Shown piece by piece: positions 10,090-20,061 of a stretch of DNA of 64,000 bases. The translations under genes and the position numbers were made by a program. How positions within the stretch are numbered: position 1 is the first letter of the stretch; each line of letters opens with the position of its first letter. The stretch is from sequence record MW879341.1; one strand, given 5' to 3'. The notes under the pieces are model-generated. The model saw only the letters and a list, made by a program, of their open reading frames with translations, was not told the DNA's origin and did not search any database.

Positions 10090-10695
10090 TCACTTCGCGT
10101 TTGATACCACGATCTGTTCTAACGTGTTCAATTGCGTCTGTAGATTGGCGATGGTTTGGTTTGCAGCAACTAACTGAGCACGTTCAGTTGTCCGGTTCTT
10201 GATCTTCGCTTGACGCGCTTTCTCAAAAGCCGCAGCTTGTGTAGCACTAACGGAATCTGACAAGGCAACATTGTGAATGGTCACGGTTGCCTCTACGCCG
10301 ATGGTGTCACTTGCCAATGAGGACATTTTCTGAACCAAGTCATCCAGTGGTAAGCTGTCAGGCAGAGCCCCCAAGTTTAAGCTCAGGATTTTCTGACCGA
10401 ATGCAATCGCACTTACGTCGGGATAGGACTTGATATACGTTGTCGGTACGTAGATCGTTGGTGCATCGTCAGAGAACAACGTTACCAACATCGCACCTTC
10501 AGCTAAGTCACTCTGATACTGCTCAGCGGTTAACCCTGCCGGAGAGTAATAACGATCCCACACTGAAACGTGTTGGTTTTCGATGTCTTTGAACTCACGC
10601 ACTGCGATACAGGTATAGATTGCTCCAGCCTGTGTCGTGAAGGGCGTTAACAGTTCAAAGGTACCTCTGGCTTCCGGTGGTGGGATTATATTCAT
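10090..10695 (-). CDS. Conserved phiKZ-like virion protein (201 aa, C-terminal coiled coil)
   Basis: Coupled to the upstream 436-aa gene (1-nt gap). Confidence 0.6.
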   Translation of the reverse strand: MNIIPPPEARGTFELLTPFTTQAGAIYTCIAVREFKDIENQHVSVWDRYYSPAGLTAEQYQSDLAEGAMLVTLFSDDAPTIYVPTTYIKSYPDVSAIAFGQKILSLNLGALPDSLPLDDLVQKMSSLASDTIGVEATVTIHNVALSDSVSATQAAAFEKARQAKIKNRTTERAQLVAANQTIANLQTQLNTLEQIVVSNAK

Positions 10696-10696
10696 C

Positions 10697-12007
10697 TTAC
10701 ACGCTCACGAATTTCTGTTTAGCGGCAACCACGTACTGGACTTTCTGATACACAGCCGTCATGTAGATAACCCCGTTACGAACAACGCGAGTCATGCCGT
10801 CAGGAATCTCGGTGTACATCGTAGCCACTTCAGCAGCGATCAGGAGTTTATTCAACAGCAGAATGAACTCACGCAGTTCTGGGTCCATACGACCGAAGTC
10901 GATACTGGTAGAACTGATCATTGCGTATTTAGGCCAGAGCTTGTCGAAACTCAACGGAGCATGGCGGTTCTTAGGGTGACCTACTGACAGGAACTGCATG
11001 GACCGATACAGACAGCCTGAGATAGTCAGGTTAGCCTGCAAGTGCGCCTGCGTATAGTCAGCACCGAATGCGTACTTCTTACCAGTGGTCAGCTGTTTAG
11101 ACAGCGGAATGGTTGGTGAATAGAAGCCGGCAATCAGTTGGTTGTCTGGTAAAGAATAGCGGTCCCAGAACGGAATGATATAGAACTCCGTCGGTGTAAA
11201 CAGATCCGGGAAGATTTTCTCCCACTCAGCTTGAGTGTGTTTAGAGTTAGCCAGAATAAAAGCAACCAAGCTGTCTTTGATTGCATCTGCGCTAATACCT
11301 GCCAAACCATAAATGAAGACAGACCACGGCGTCGGATAAGTATCGTTCGCATCCAGTGGGCTAACGTAATCATAGTTGGTGGTTTTCAGAGCAGTCTCTG
11401 GAAAGTCTCCACGGTATTTGTTGTTCTGCGTGTTCGTTGTTTCACTGTTGATCGCTTTCAAGCGAGTAATTACAGTGTCAGCCGGCAGGAAGAAGTCGTC
11501 GATAGTGTCGAAGGGTGGTGCTACGACATGTGTAAACAGATCGTACTGCCGACGGAAGTAATCGTCAGCATACCAGACCTTCAGACGGTTATCTTCACCG
11601 TCAGCTTCCAGCGCTTTCATTGTGATTGAGGACGGGAACCAGTAACGGCCGTTCGTCAACATATCACCGATTTCAAGGATATTTGCGCGTGCCTTGAATT
11701 CAGCCTGCACAGCCTGTAGCACAACGGTTGGGTCTTTCGCGAGATCACCCGAGATAGACTTATTAAACAACCATTGTGAAACATTCAACACGAGGGTAAA
11801 GTAGACTACATCCACACTTACCTTTTTACTGTCTCGGTCACTGTCGAACGTCATTAACCGGACATCGGCAGATTCGTCAACCCGATTGAATTTAATCTCG
11901 CGGCTGAAACTGCGTCCTAAGGAGGACAACTCACCAAAGGGAGCGATCACACCCTCGGTGTTGTCCGTAAATGCATTAATGGGTACAAAGCCACGGAGTT
12001 GATACAT
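10697..12007 (-). CDS. Conserved phiKZ-like virion structural protein (436 aa)
   Basis: Long ORF with GGAG RBS; family assignment from recall and synteny. Confidence 0.6.
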   Translation of the reverse strand: MYQLRGFVPINAFTDNTEGVIAPFGELSSLGRSFSREIKFNRVDESADVRLMTFDSDRDSKKVSVDVVYFTLVLNVSQWLFNKSISGDLAKDPTVVLQAVQAEFKARANILEIGDMLTNGRYWFPSSITMKALEADGEDNRLKVWYADDYFRRQYDLFTHVVAPPFDTIDDFFLPADTVITRLKAINSETTNTQNNKYRGDFPETALKTTNYDYVSPLDANDTYPTPWSVFIYGLAGISADAIKDSLVAFILANSKHTQAEWEKIFPDLFTPTEFYIIPFWDRYSLPDNQLIAGFYSPTIPLSKQLTTGKKYAFGADYTQAHLQANLTISGCLYRSMQFLSVGHPKNRHAPLSFDKLWPKYAMISSTSIDFGRMDPELREFILLLNKLLIAAEVATMYTEIPDGMTRVVRNGVIYMTAVYQKVQYVVAAKQKFVSV

Positions 12008-12067
12008 CGTGGGGGACTCCTCAGGTTAAAAGGGAAAAGAATACAACATATAATTTAGGGGTCAATA

Positions 12068-12475
12068 ATGACAGGCTTACTGTTGAAGCTCATTCCAACG
12101 CTCTGGCCATTCCTCAAGGAAGTATTCGGTGGCGGTAATAAACGTCCCCGAGGTGGTCATAAGAGCACCCCCGTTTTTCGATACATAGCAATCTTTACCA
12201 TTATTTATTTAGTCTCTGGCGTTGTCGTGTTTGACGTAATTAAAACGCTTTATACTGCAAACCAAGGCTACCTTGTTACTACAGCTACACTGAAGCAATC
12301 GGAAGTAGAATCAAAGGGTCGTATACAGGCTCTTGAAGCAGAGAACAACACACTCAAGATGATTAACATCGCCCATGAGCGTGATCTCTCTGCTGCAAAT
12401 GCCAAAGCGGCTTTTGCTGAATCCGAGCGCGTGCGTCTCACGGACGAGAATCGGGACCTTCGGGCCCGCAGGTAA
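12068..12475 (+). CDS. Membrane-anchored coiled-coil protein (spanin-like architecture)
   Basis: TM segment YIAIFTIIYLVSGVVVF followed by a heptad-rich C-terminus. Confidence 0.55.
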   Translation: MTGLLLKLIPTLWPFLKEVFGGGNKRPRGGHKSTPVFRYIAIFTIIYLVSGVVVFDVIKTLYTANQGYLVTTATLKQSEVESKGRIQALEAENNTLKMINIAHERDLSAANAKAAFAESERVRLTDENRDLRARR

Positions 12476-12525
12476 TCAACAGCAGAAGTAAAATCTTACA
12501 GAGCTCCTGAATAGTCTGTAGAATT

Positions 12526-14010
12526 ATGACGGAGCAACGTAAACTAATGTCAGATATCAATGCAGTTCTTTATAGCGATGGCGGTGCTGAACCGCCTCGT
12601 GGTCCGGGTGGTAGTGGTCTCTTTGGTTACACTTATAAAGAGACCACAGTCGCTCCGAACGACGATAGTTGGCATCCCACTACTGAAGGGTATTACACTC
12701 TGAAGAATATACCGGCTACCGCACGCTGGGTACAACCCTTAGAAGTATTAGAAGGGATTGTTAGTTACCCAATGCCGGTTACCAACAATATCGCTGAACT
12801 CGGTGCAGCTATACTTGCATTTGAATTGATCGTGAAGCATGGATGGAAATCTGTGTTTATGCGTCCCGATTCTGAGTACGTGCGTGAGAACTTCGAGAAG
12901 TCTTTGGACAAATGGCGACAGAATGGTTGGCAGACTGCTAGCCACGAACCCGTTAAGAACCAAGCACAATGGGAAGCTTTATACCAACTCAAGGTAGAAG
13001 TGGAACGTGCTGGATCTACCGTTCAATGGCGATGGGTGAAAGGTCATAGCGACGATCCTGGTAATCAGCGTGCTGACCAACTGGCCACTCAGGGCAAAGG
13101 ATATGCTAAGCTGGCTAAAGCTATCCGTGAGACTCGTTTTACTGAGGCTCTGCCGGTAGTGCGTGGTGAGATCATCAAAGTCCCTGGCCCAAATAAACTT
13201 CTCGACATGCCTCGTTGGTACTTCACCAATGACTCAGGCGCAACACATAAGAACGCTACTGGACACTCTGTCTACTACGGTGGCAGTCATGGCAAAGACG
13301 ACGAACTGTTCGCTAAACCAATGGCTGACTCAACCTACGTGGTAGCATTGTTGAAAGAGGCCGACCCTGTGTTGGAATCTATACGTGCTAAGCAATACGC
13401 TCTGAATCCTGACAACCTCTGCGAAATGGTTATCGGACACTTAGACAACATTCTTACACCTCGTGTGTATGATCCGTTGTTTGTAAATGGCACTCGGTGG
13501 ATTGATCCTCATCCAGGCACGAACGACTTACTGTCTGGCGGGGAGCAATTACTTACTCGGGAACTCACCAAACCTCGTTTAGCTCTGAATGCAATTACCA
13601 CACTCGTACAGGCTGAGTCGTTACTAAACGACCACCTAGCAGGCACCTTGAAGGATGTCTATACGTGTGACATTACAGACAGTCTTTACGACCTGACTGA
13701 AAAGAAAGGGAAAATCACCTGTAAGCTCAAGAAAGACATTTCAACTGCCGTGAAAACTATTGCTGCTAATTTAGAGTATGGTTCTAAAGGTAAGGTGAAA
13801 GGGAAGCTCAAGACTCGTTTAGTATTGGGTCAAGACTTACCACGTCGTAACACATTGTCGCACCTGGCAGCATTGCAGCCTAAGGTCACAGTGTTGAGCT
13901 GGTCGAAAGATCCAGGTACTGTCTATTTTGCTACAGTGGTGGAAGCCGGAGGAGATGCGAGTATTTGGATGGGTTACCCGGCCAATTACCGTGTTATACC
14001 AAAGGAGTAG
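12526..14010 (+). CDS. rnhA: RNase H with long C-terminal extension (phiKZ gp155-like)
   Basis: YSDGG, TNNIAELGA, DSEYV and WVKGHSDDPGNQRADQLA RNase HI catalytic motifs. Confidence 0.93.
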   Translation: MTEQRKLMSDINAVLYSDGGAEPPRGPGGSGLFGYTYKETTVAPNDDSWHPTTEGYYTLKNIPATARWVQPLEVLEGIVSYPMPVTNNIAELGAAILAFELIVKHGWKSVFMRPDSEYVRENFEKSLDKWRQNGWQTASHEPVKNQAQWEALYQLKVEVERAGSTVQWRWVKGHSDDPGNQRADQLATQGKGYAKLAKAIRETRFTEALPVVRGEIIKVPGPNKLLDMPRWYFTNDSGATHKNATGHSVYYGGSHGKDDELFAKPMADSTYVVALLKEADPVLESIRAKQYALNPDNLCEMVIGHLDNILTPRVYDPLFVNGTRWIDPHPGTNDLLSGGEQLLTRELTKPRLALNAITTLVQAESLLNDHLAGTLKDVYTCDITDSLYDLTEKKGKITCKLKKDISTAVKTIAANLEYGSKGKVKGKLKTRLVLGQDLPRRNTLSHLAALQPKVTVLSWSKDPGTVYFATVVEAGGDASIWMGYPANYRVIPKE

Positions 14011-14014
14011 TTGT

Positions 14015-14407
14015 ATGTCAACATTGTACTGGCCTACTGCGCAGTCGCAAAGCAGAGTAGGGTGCGTCTTTTGCAAGATGCTCCCGAAACGCGTAAAGCG
14101 TATTGTCGTTTTAGCTAGCCTCTACGGGTTTATCGTATCCGACCAATTCGATGAATTCGTAGCCACGAAGAAATTAAACAAAGAGCTTAATCTGTGTGAC
14201 GATCCCCAGTCTCTACGACTGCCGTTACATCTGGGTGGCGTTCTTTGGAATTCGGAGGGGAGTGGTAAAGTACAAGTTCCTAATGAACGCCTGGCACTTT
14301 ATAAGCTGGCCACGTCTATCGTGCAGCGTACCCCTGCAAGCATGCGATACGGTGATCGTGTCGAGATGCGTGCCGATATACTGCGCGTTCTGTACGCGGC
14401 TGTTTAA
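14015..14407 (+). CDS. Hypothetical protein (130 aa)
   Basis: AGGAG RBS then ATG 14015 (MSTLYWPT). Confidence 0.6.
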   Translation: MSTLYWPTAQSQSRVGCVFCKMLPKRVKRIVVLASLYGFIVSDQFDEFVATKKLNKELNLCDDPQSLRLPLHLGGVLWNSEGSGKVQVPNERLALYKLATSIVQRTPASMRYGDRVEMRADILRVLYAAV

Positions 14408-14417
14408 AGACCAACGC

Positions 14418-14468
14418 GACATAGACCCCTCCGATTCCCACTGCTGGGGTCGGAGGGAGTTTATGCTG
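14418..14468. terminator. Bidirectional terminator
   Basis: GACATAG...ccctccgattcccactgctggggtcggaggg...TTTATGCTG between convergent genes. Confidence 0.7.
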
Positions 14469-15278
14469 TTATTGCAGATGCTTAGTCAGGAACGTAACGT
14501 CATCACGAACACATTCAACAATACGTTCGAACAGATACTGGTACTCTGCGTAGAACTCAATCTCTGCTGCCATGGTGTAGGTCAGAGAAACGAGTTTGTC
14601 TACGAAGTTACCAGACGGACGGTATTCGAAGCGCGGTTCGTTCAACTTACCGATCAGAACTTGCAGAAGGTCATCGATCTCTTTAACTTTCTTACGGACG
14701 TCATCAATGGTGACATTCGCATTGGTTGCAGCGATCTGGTTGATTGTGTCGATTACAGGAGCCCAGTCTTTGTTACGACGGATAGCGCGGGAGTAACGAC
14801 ATTCAGGTTGACCACCCTTAGCAATCTTAGACAATTGCTCACGAGCACGCTTAGAACGATTAACATCGAAATTAACGTGCTGGTTGATGCTCTCCATAGC
14901 GGTAGGGTCATTCAGTACCACCGCCAGCCATTTAGCAAATGGGTCCAGCAGATCACGATACAGTGACTCTGGTACTACACCGACATCTTTCATTGTGGTC
15001 ATCGCCGTAGCGTAGTCCACACTCAGTTCTTTAGGGAACTTGAGTTTCAGTTGGGTCAATGACGTGTAGTCAGCTTTCTCAACCAGGGGTAAGAAATTGC
15101 GACCGTCGATAGCCAAAGAAACATTACTGTTTAAAATGTTCCCCAATAATTTGCTGATAGCGTCAGACGCATCACCAAAGAATCCGGCCAGACGACCCAG
15201 TGTCTTCTCGCTTGGTCGGAACAAGGCGAGTGACTCAACTGTAATTACGTTCTTTTGAATCTCAATATTTTTTAACAT
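14469..15278 (-). CDS. Virion (head) structural protein, phiKZ gp153-like
   Basis: 269 aa; lies between RNase H and UvsX as in phiKZ; N-terminal TVE-S candidate processing site. Confidence 0.6.
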   Translation of the reverse strand: MLKNIEIQKNVITVESLALFRPSEKTLGRLAGFFGDASDAISKLLGNILNSNVSLAIDGRNFLPLVEKADYTSLTQLKLKFPKELSVDYATAMTTMKDVGVVPESLYRDLLDPFAKWLAVVLNDPTAMESINQHVNFDVNRSKRAREQLSKIAKGGQPECRYSRAIRRNKDWAPVIDTINQIAATNANVTIDDVRKKVKEIDDLLQVLIGKLNEPRFEYRPSGNFVDKLVSLTYTMAAEIEFYAEYQYLFERIVECVRDDVTFLTKHLQ

Positions 15279-15344
15279 TCCATTACCTTACTATGAAGAA
15301 TACGTAGCGTCTCATAGGAATTATTAACAACGAGGAGTTGTTTG

Positions 15345-16784
15345 ATGTCTAACGCCGATAACCCATTGCTAGCACTATTCGAAAAGGCACCTGATGTTCG
15401 ACCATATCTGAACATTGGCTGCATGATGGATGTGCCCACTGGCGTGTACTACCGTGGTAAGAAGGGTAACAGTCTGCTGAATGGTGGACTACCGAAAATT
15501 GTTGGTATCGGTGGTCGTGGTAATATGTATAAGTCCACGATCTCTCACCACTTTGCGTTATCTGCACTGGCGAACTATATCCGCAGTATTTTGATTGCTC
15601 ACGATACTGAAGGTTCTGGTAGCCCAATGCGTTACTGCACGCTGGCACAAGGTCTCCACGAGATCGCTGGTCTGGACCTGGTGTCTGAAGGTCGTCTGAG
15701 TTTCAGTGACCTGACTGTAATGTATGGCAGCAAGTGGTTTGCTCAGTTGCAAGCTCTGGTTGCTATGAAGATCAAAGACAACAAAGCGTACATGCGCACA
15801 CTGCCGTTCTTGGGTGCTGATGGTAAGAACATCAAAGGTATCCTACCGACGATTGGTGAACTTGATGGTATCTCACAGATGACCATCGAAGAAGTCTCCA
15901 AGCTTTACAATAAAGCAGAGGTAGGTGACTCGGACCTGAACGCCGAAGCAATGCGTAGTAGCATGGCGAAAAACCAAATGCTGTTGCAGTTGCCATACCT
16001 GACTGGTTCAGGTGGCCTGTTCATGTTGATCACAGCACACGTCGGTGACGAGATCGTCATGGACAAATACGCTGGCGATAAGAAGAAGTTGAGTTTCTTA
16101 AAAGGGAACATCAAATTCAAAGCAACGCCTGAGAAATTCACATTCTTAACTGACGTGTTGTTGATCGCGCGTAGCATCGAAGTCCTGCTGAACGCAACGA
16201 CCAAAGCGCCAGAGTATCCTCGTGACTCCAACGATAACATCAAAGGCGATACTGACCTCCAGGCTATCACTGTTCAGTTCCTGCGTAACAAGCAAGGTAA
16301 GACTGGCGGTACGTTCGATATCGTCGTGTCTCAGTCTGAAGGTGTGAAGGTCGGCCTGACTGAAATGCGTTACCTGCGTCAGAACAAGAAGAACAGTTCT
16401 GATGTTGGCTACGGCATCGGTGGTCATGATAAGTCCTACTACATGGACTTGTACCCTGACGTTAAAATGCAGCGTACTACTGTGCGTGGTATTGTTGATA
16501 ACGATCGTCGTCTGCAACGTGCTCTGGAGATTACCGCTGAGATTCACCAGATCCTGCATGACTCACATCACCGTCTGGAATCCAAGTACTACACCACTCC
16601 AGTTGAACTCTACGAGCAACTGAAAGCGCTGGGTTACGACTGGAACGTTCTGCTGGATACTCGTAAGCACTGGGTGTACGAAGAGGATGCTTCGGAAGCA
16701 CTGCCTGAACTGAGTACTCTGGACTTGCTGCGCATGCGACTGCCAGCTGAAGACCCAGACCACTATAAACCTTACTGGATGTAA
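15345..16784 (+). CDS. uvsX: UvsX/RecA-like recombinase (phiKZ gp152-like)
   Basis: P-loop GGRGNMYKST, AHDTEGS, ELDGIS Walker B, LITAHV. Confidence 0.88.
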   Translation: MSNADNPLLALFEKAPDVRPYLNIGCMMDVPTGVYYRGKKGNSLLNGGLPKIVGIGGRGNMYKSTISHHFALSALANYIRSILIAHDTEGSGSPMRYCTLAQGLHEIAGLDLVSEGRLSFSDLTVMYGSKWFAQLQALVAMKIKDNKAYMRTLPFLGADGKNIKGILPTIGELDGISQMTIEEVSKLYNKAEVGDSDLNAEAMRSSMAKNQMLLQLPYLTGSGGLFMLITAHVGDEIVMDKYAGDKKKLSFLKGNIKFKATPEKFTFLTDVLLIARSIEVLLNATTKAPEYPRDSNDNIKGDTDLQAITVQFLRNKQGKTGGTFDIVVSQSEGVKVGLTEMRYLRQNKKNSSDVGYGIGGHDKSYYMDLYPDVKMQRTTVRGIVDNDRRLQRALEITAEIHQILHDSHHRLESKYYTTPVELYEQLKALGYDWNVLLDTRKHWVYEEDASEALPELSTLDLLRMRLPAEDPDHYKPYWM

Positions 16785-16786
16785 TC

Positions 16787-17257
16787 GTGTTAAATCTCAG
16801 ACTGTTTGTAAACAACCAATTGGCCTCTAATCTGCTTCGGTCGGCCATGAGTACACAAGACCCAAGCATTGCTGCGAATGTTATCGATTTCTGTGCGCGT
16901 ATTTACCCGTACAAGAAACACAGACAATCGCCGAAGCAATCGATCGTGACGACACACACCAAGTCGACTCGTCATCTCGCAGAACGTACACGTACGCTTT
17001 ATCAGCAGCCTGAGTATGTAGCCAGTGTTAACTATCAGCCGGAGCGTCCTCGCTCCGTGTACGACTGGTTGATTCTAACTGGTCGTGACGATGAGTCTTT
17101 AGATACGACGTGGTTGAAACACGTCTTGACTGTGGAGTCTCCTGACAAACGCATCAAGTCTAAAGAACGCTACGAAAACTGGCTGAACGAGAGACAGCGT
17201 CTGGTTAACGACACGTTGCAGTTCTGTGACATCGTCCTGAACGAGATGTGTTTCTAG
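16787..17257 (+). CDS. Hypothetical protein (156 aa)
   Basis: ORF tiles directly after uvsX. Confidence 0.6.
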   Translation: MLNLRLFVNNQLASNLLRSAMSTQDPSIAANVIDFCARIYPYKKHRQSPKQSIVTTHTKSTRHLAERTRTLYQQPEYVASVNYQPERPRSVYDWLILTGRDDESLDTTWLKHVLTVESPDKRIKSKERYENWLNERQRLVNDTLQFCDIVLNEMCF

Positions 17258-17268
17258 TAGGAGGTAAT

Positions 17269-17646
17269 GTGCTGTGTCGAATGGTTATGTCGATTCGGTA
17301 CTTCCTTTTAGTGGTAGCTCTGCACAATTACGATAACATCGAACAGCTACTGGCGAAAGTCAGTAGCTTTTTATCCGCATCCTCTAAGACTCGGGTATTG
17401 CTTAATAGCAACGCTGTCGCTAATTGGGTACGGTACCATTGCAACGAGGTATCGCACGAATGCAACAATCGTGGAAAAGTTGTCAGCAACGTACGTTTGT
17501 TATATTACGAATGGGAACGAGCTAAAACTGTCCCCGATAAACAACGCACTCTGTCTGCGTTAGTTCAATATATCCAATACGTTAATTATTCCGGCAGGCG
17601 AGACTTTCTATACGAGTACGTGGCCTATACTCGCTTTGTCATATAG
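17269..17646 (+). CDS. Hypothetical protein
   Basis: AGGAGG RBS then GTG 17269. Confidence 0.55.
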   Translation: MLCRMVMSIRYFLLVVALHNYDNIEQLLAKVSSFLSASSKTRVLLNSNAVANWVRYHCNEVSHECNNRGKVVSNVRLLYYEWERAKTVPDKQRTLSALVQYIQYVNYSGRRDFLYEYVAYTRFVI

Positions 17647-17654
17647 GAGGAACG

Positions 17655-18122
17655 ATGTTCCAGAAACTTCGCGTTAAGTGGGCAATCAAACGCGCTATCA
17701 ACAACACTTACGCAGCAGTCGATTTACTGCCTGGTTTAGTGTCGGTAGTTACGGTATACAGTAAGCTCACCCCAGAACAGAAACTCCGTGTGTGGAAGTC
17801 TGATTTCCCAGTGCACTACGCTTTCACTCCAAACCTTTCCATGTTGTCAGGCGATGCCTACACCATGTGGTTAATGAACAATGGCGTGCCACAGTTAGAC
17901 CACACCATCCCAGTGTCTCCAATGGAATGGTTGAGTGGGTCGACTCGTGTCGAGATGATCGAGTATCTGATCGACCCCAACCTTAAAGAGTTGGGTAAAC
18001 TACGTGACACCGTTTGGCAAGGTCTGGTGCGTGGCGATTTCTCTGCGGTAGGTTTAGACGAGATCAACAACGCCCAGGAGATCATGCGTAAAATCCTGCG
18101 GGGTATTCGTGAATGTCTTTAA
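17655..18122 (+). CDS. Hypothetical protein (155 aa)
   Basis: AGGAGG RBS. Confidence 0.65.
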   Translation: MFQKLRVKWAIKRAINNTYAAVDLLPGLVSVVTVYSKLTPEQKLRVWKSDFPVHYAFTPNLSMLSGDAYTMWLMNNGVPQLDHTIPVSPMEWLSGSTRVEMIEYLIDPNLKELGKLRDTVWQGLVRGDFSAVGLDEINNAQEIMRKILRGIRECL

Positions 18123-18601
18123 CGCGACCATGGCAGCTGGTTGGTAAGCACGTCGTACTGTTTACAGGTTCACGTTCTTTGCGGAACTACTGGCAGTTTG
18201 CTCGGGACGTCCGTAAGGCATTGGAACACCGTAGTCCTAAAGACACCGTTCTTTTACAAGGCGAGTCATACTTCGGCATTGATCGTTTAGCAAGAATCTT
18301 TGCTAAGCGTAATGGGTGGACATGCGTTGGTTGGAAAGCAGATTGGGATAATTTAGGCAAGCGGGCTGGGATGGTTCGTAATAGCCAGATGGTCCAACAC
18401 TCGGATGAAACCATTGCCGGTTGGGATGGCGAGTCTCGTGGTACCAAACACGCTATCGACCAATCTAAGACGAAGGGTCTACCCATTCAGATTCTGGAGT
18501 ATGAAAACGTGGAGGAGTGGGAAGATCGTAACATCCGTGACCTGGCTAGACGCCAGAGACTGGGTGACCGTGCTCGCTCTAAGTTGACCATCAAGGGGTA
18601 G
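18113..18601 (+). CDS. SLOG-superfamily protein (DUF2493/YspA-like)
   Basis: VLFTGSR, GIDRLA, ADWDNLGKRAGMVRNSQMV and WDGESRGTKHAI motifs. Confidence 0.85.
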   Translation: MSLTRPWQLVGKHVVLFTGSRSLRNYWQFARDVRKALEHRSPKDTVLLQGESYFGIDRLARIFAKRNGWTCVGWKADWDNLGKRAGMVRNSQMVQHSDETIAGWDGESRGTKHAIDQSKTKGLPIQILEYENVEEWEDRNIRDLARRQRLGDRARSKLTIKG

Positions 18602-18603
18602 GT

Positions 18604-18699
18604 ATGTTCTATCGTTTTATGAACGCGTTGGTTAACGTTGCTCTGGTTGTATCGGTGGGTACTCTGGCATATACCTGGTATAAATTCCATGGACTTTAA
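18604..18699 (+). CDS. 31-aa single-TM micropeptide (not in ORF track)
   Basis: MFYRFMNALVNVALVVSVGTLAYTWYKFHGL; AGGT RBS-like sequence overlapping the SLOG stop. Confidence 0.5.
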   Translation: MFYRFMNALVNVALVVSVGTLAYTWYKFHGL

Positions 18700-18781
18700 A
18701 ACCCGTATTCGTATGGCGTTGTTTGTCTTGGTTGTCGGTATCCTACTCCCCATCCTTATTAAACTTGGCTGGTTGTTCTAG
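18689..18781 (+). CDS. 30-aa single-TM micropeptide (not in ORF track)
   Basis: MDFKTRIRMALFVLVVGILLPILIKLGWLF; overlaps the previous ORF by 11 nt. Confidence 0.5.
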   Translation: MDFKTRIRMALFVLVVGILLPILIKLGWLF

Positions 18782-18828
18782 CGTGGAAACACTCATCGTA
18801 TGAGTGTAACCTAAATAGGACTTGTGCA

Positions 18829-19500
18829 ATGGCCTTGGGCAATCGCGCGGCGGCTGAGGCCGTCGTATTGAAATGGGTCGATGAGATCGTACCCGGTGGC
18901 GGTAACGTCAACATGTATAAAGAACTGTTCGCCAAAATGGATGACCAACAGTTCGATGAATGGATTCAGAAGCTGGAGAAAAAGGAAGCGTATGTTCGTG
19001 TGATTGTGCCACCGATGTCTGAAGAACAGATGTCGACTGAGCGTAACCTCGCGATAGGTAAGAAGCTCGGAGTGAACTTCTATCAGCGTTGTTGGTTGAC
19101 TGACCCAGTAACGGGTGAGACCACACTGACGCCGAAGAAATACCTCTGTATGCACTTACCTTTACGTAGACAGCAGCAGCTGCTCGTGAAGAAGATCAGT
19201 GTGCCTGATGATAACCGCCATCTGAATGAGTTAACGGGTCAGGTGACGGGTGTGTCTAAAGGGTCGAGTATGTCGTATCCTGAGTGGCAGATTTTCTATG
19301 CTAAAGGGTTACACTACTCCGGATTGGAGCTGGCCAAACTGCGTGGTGGTGACTTGAAAGCGTTTGCTGAGATGAACCGTCAGATTTCACGCACAGGTAC
19401 AACCAACATGACTGAGATTCTGAGTGCTAACACACGACCAGAATCCACACTGACACTGAGTAGCATTCTGAAAGCCATGCTCCTCGATAACAACCTTTAA
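18829..19500 (+). CDS. rpoB: Virion RNA polymerase beta subunit, C-terminal part (phiKZ gp149-like)
   Basis: HLPLRRQQQLLVKKISVP and LTGQVTGVSKGSSMSYPE align to the beta C-terminal H/I regions. Confidence 0.8.
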   Translation: MALGNRAAAEAVVLKWVDEIVPGGGNVNMYKELFAKMDDQQFDEWIQKLEKKEAYVRVIVPPMSEEQMSTERNLAIGKKLGVNFYQRCWLTDPVTGETTLTPKKYLCMHLPLRRQQQLLVKKISVPDDNRHLNELTGQVTGVSKGSSMSYPEWQIFYAKGLHYSGLELAKLRGGDLKAFAEMNRQISRTGTTNMTEILSANTRPESTLTLSSILKAMLLDNNL

Positions 19501-19509
19501 GGGTGAGAG

Positions 19510-20061
19510 ATGTCACAACAAACTACGCCGTATCCCCTGAATCCCAACCTGAGTTGTGTAGAGCGTGTAAGACGGTTGTTTGTTGAGATTAACAAGCGAC
19601 GTCTGATCGACACTGCACGCGTGCGTCCAGCAGATGCGCGAGTTATCATGGATTGGATTCACGACATCCGTAATAACTTCCTCCCGTGCTTTGCTCTGAC
19701 GGACGATTCCCTGAAAGAGTCCTGGGCGGTCATCAAGAAATCTCAAGGACTACAGGACTTTGTTCTGGGTCTGTGTTATGAGATGCGTATCCGCTGCTTC
19801 GAAGACCCTACCGACTTTGATGCTTTCATTGAAGTCATTGCAATTGCTATCACGCAGTTCAATGATGAATTAAGTGTCATCGACGCAACGCTCTTTGAAG
19901 ACCTTAGCGATACCAAAGGCATCAATGAGAAGCTCGCGGGTAATATCTGGGTTCTCCCATTGATTCTCTACGAACAGTTAAGCGTTGACGAACTCGCACT
20001 GCCTATCGTAGATGCAGAGATCGAAACCGCTATCGGTCGGAGTCAAGGTGATGGCGCGTAA
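19510..20061 (+). CDS. Conserved phiKZ-like hypothetical protein (183 aa)
   Basis: Directly follows the beta-C gene; GGTGAG RBS. Confidence 0.6.
   Translation: MSQQTTPYPLNPNLSCVERVRRLFVEINKRRLIDTARVRPADARVIMDWIHDIRNNFLPCFALTDDSLKESWAVIKKSQGLQDFVLGLCYEMRIRCFEDPTDFDAFIEVIAIAITQFNDELSVIDATLFEDLSDTKGINEKLAGNIWVLPLILYEQLSVDELALPIVDAEIETAIGRSQGDGA

Noticed and set aside
12375-12491. Overlapping 38-aa ORF (MSVISLLQMPKRLLLNPSAC...) as an embedded o-spanin
   Set aside because: No proper hydrophobic h-region, Pro at lipobox position -3, and no clear RBS.
14196-14966. 256-aa + strand ORF
   Set aside because: Antisense shadow of the 14469-15278 gene; it runs through a bidirectional terminator and has no RBS.
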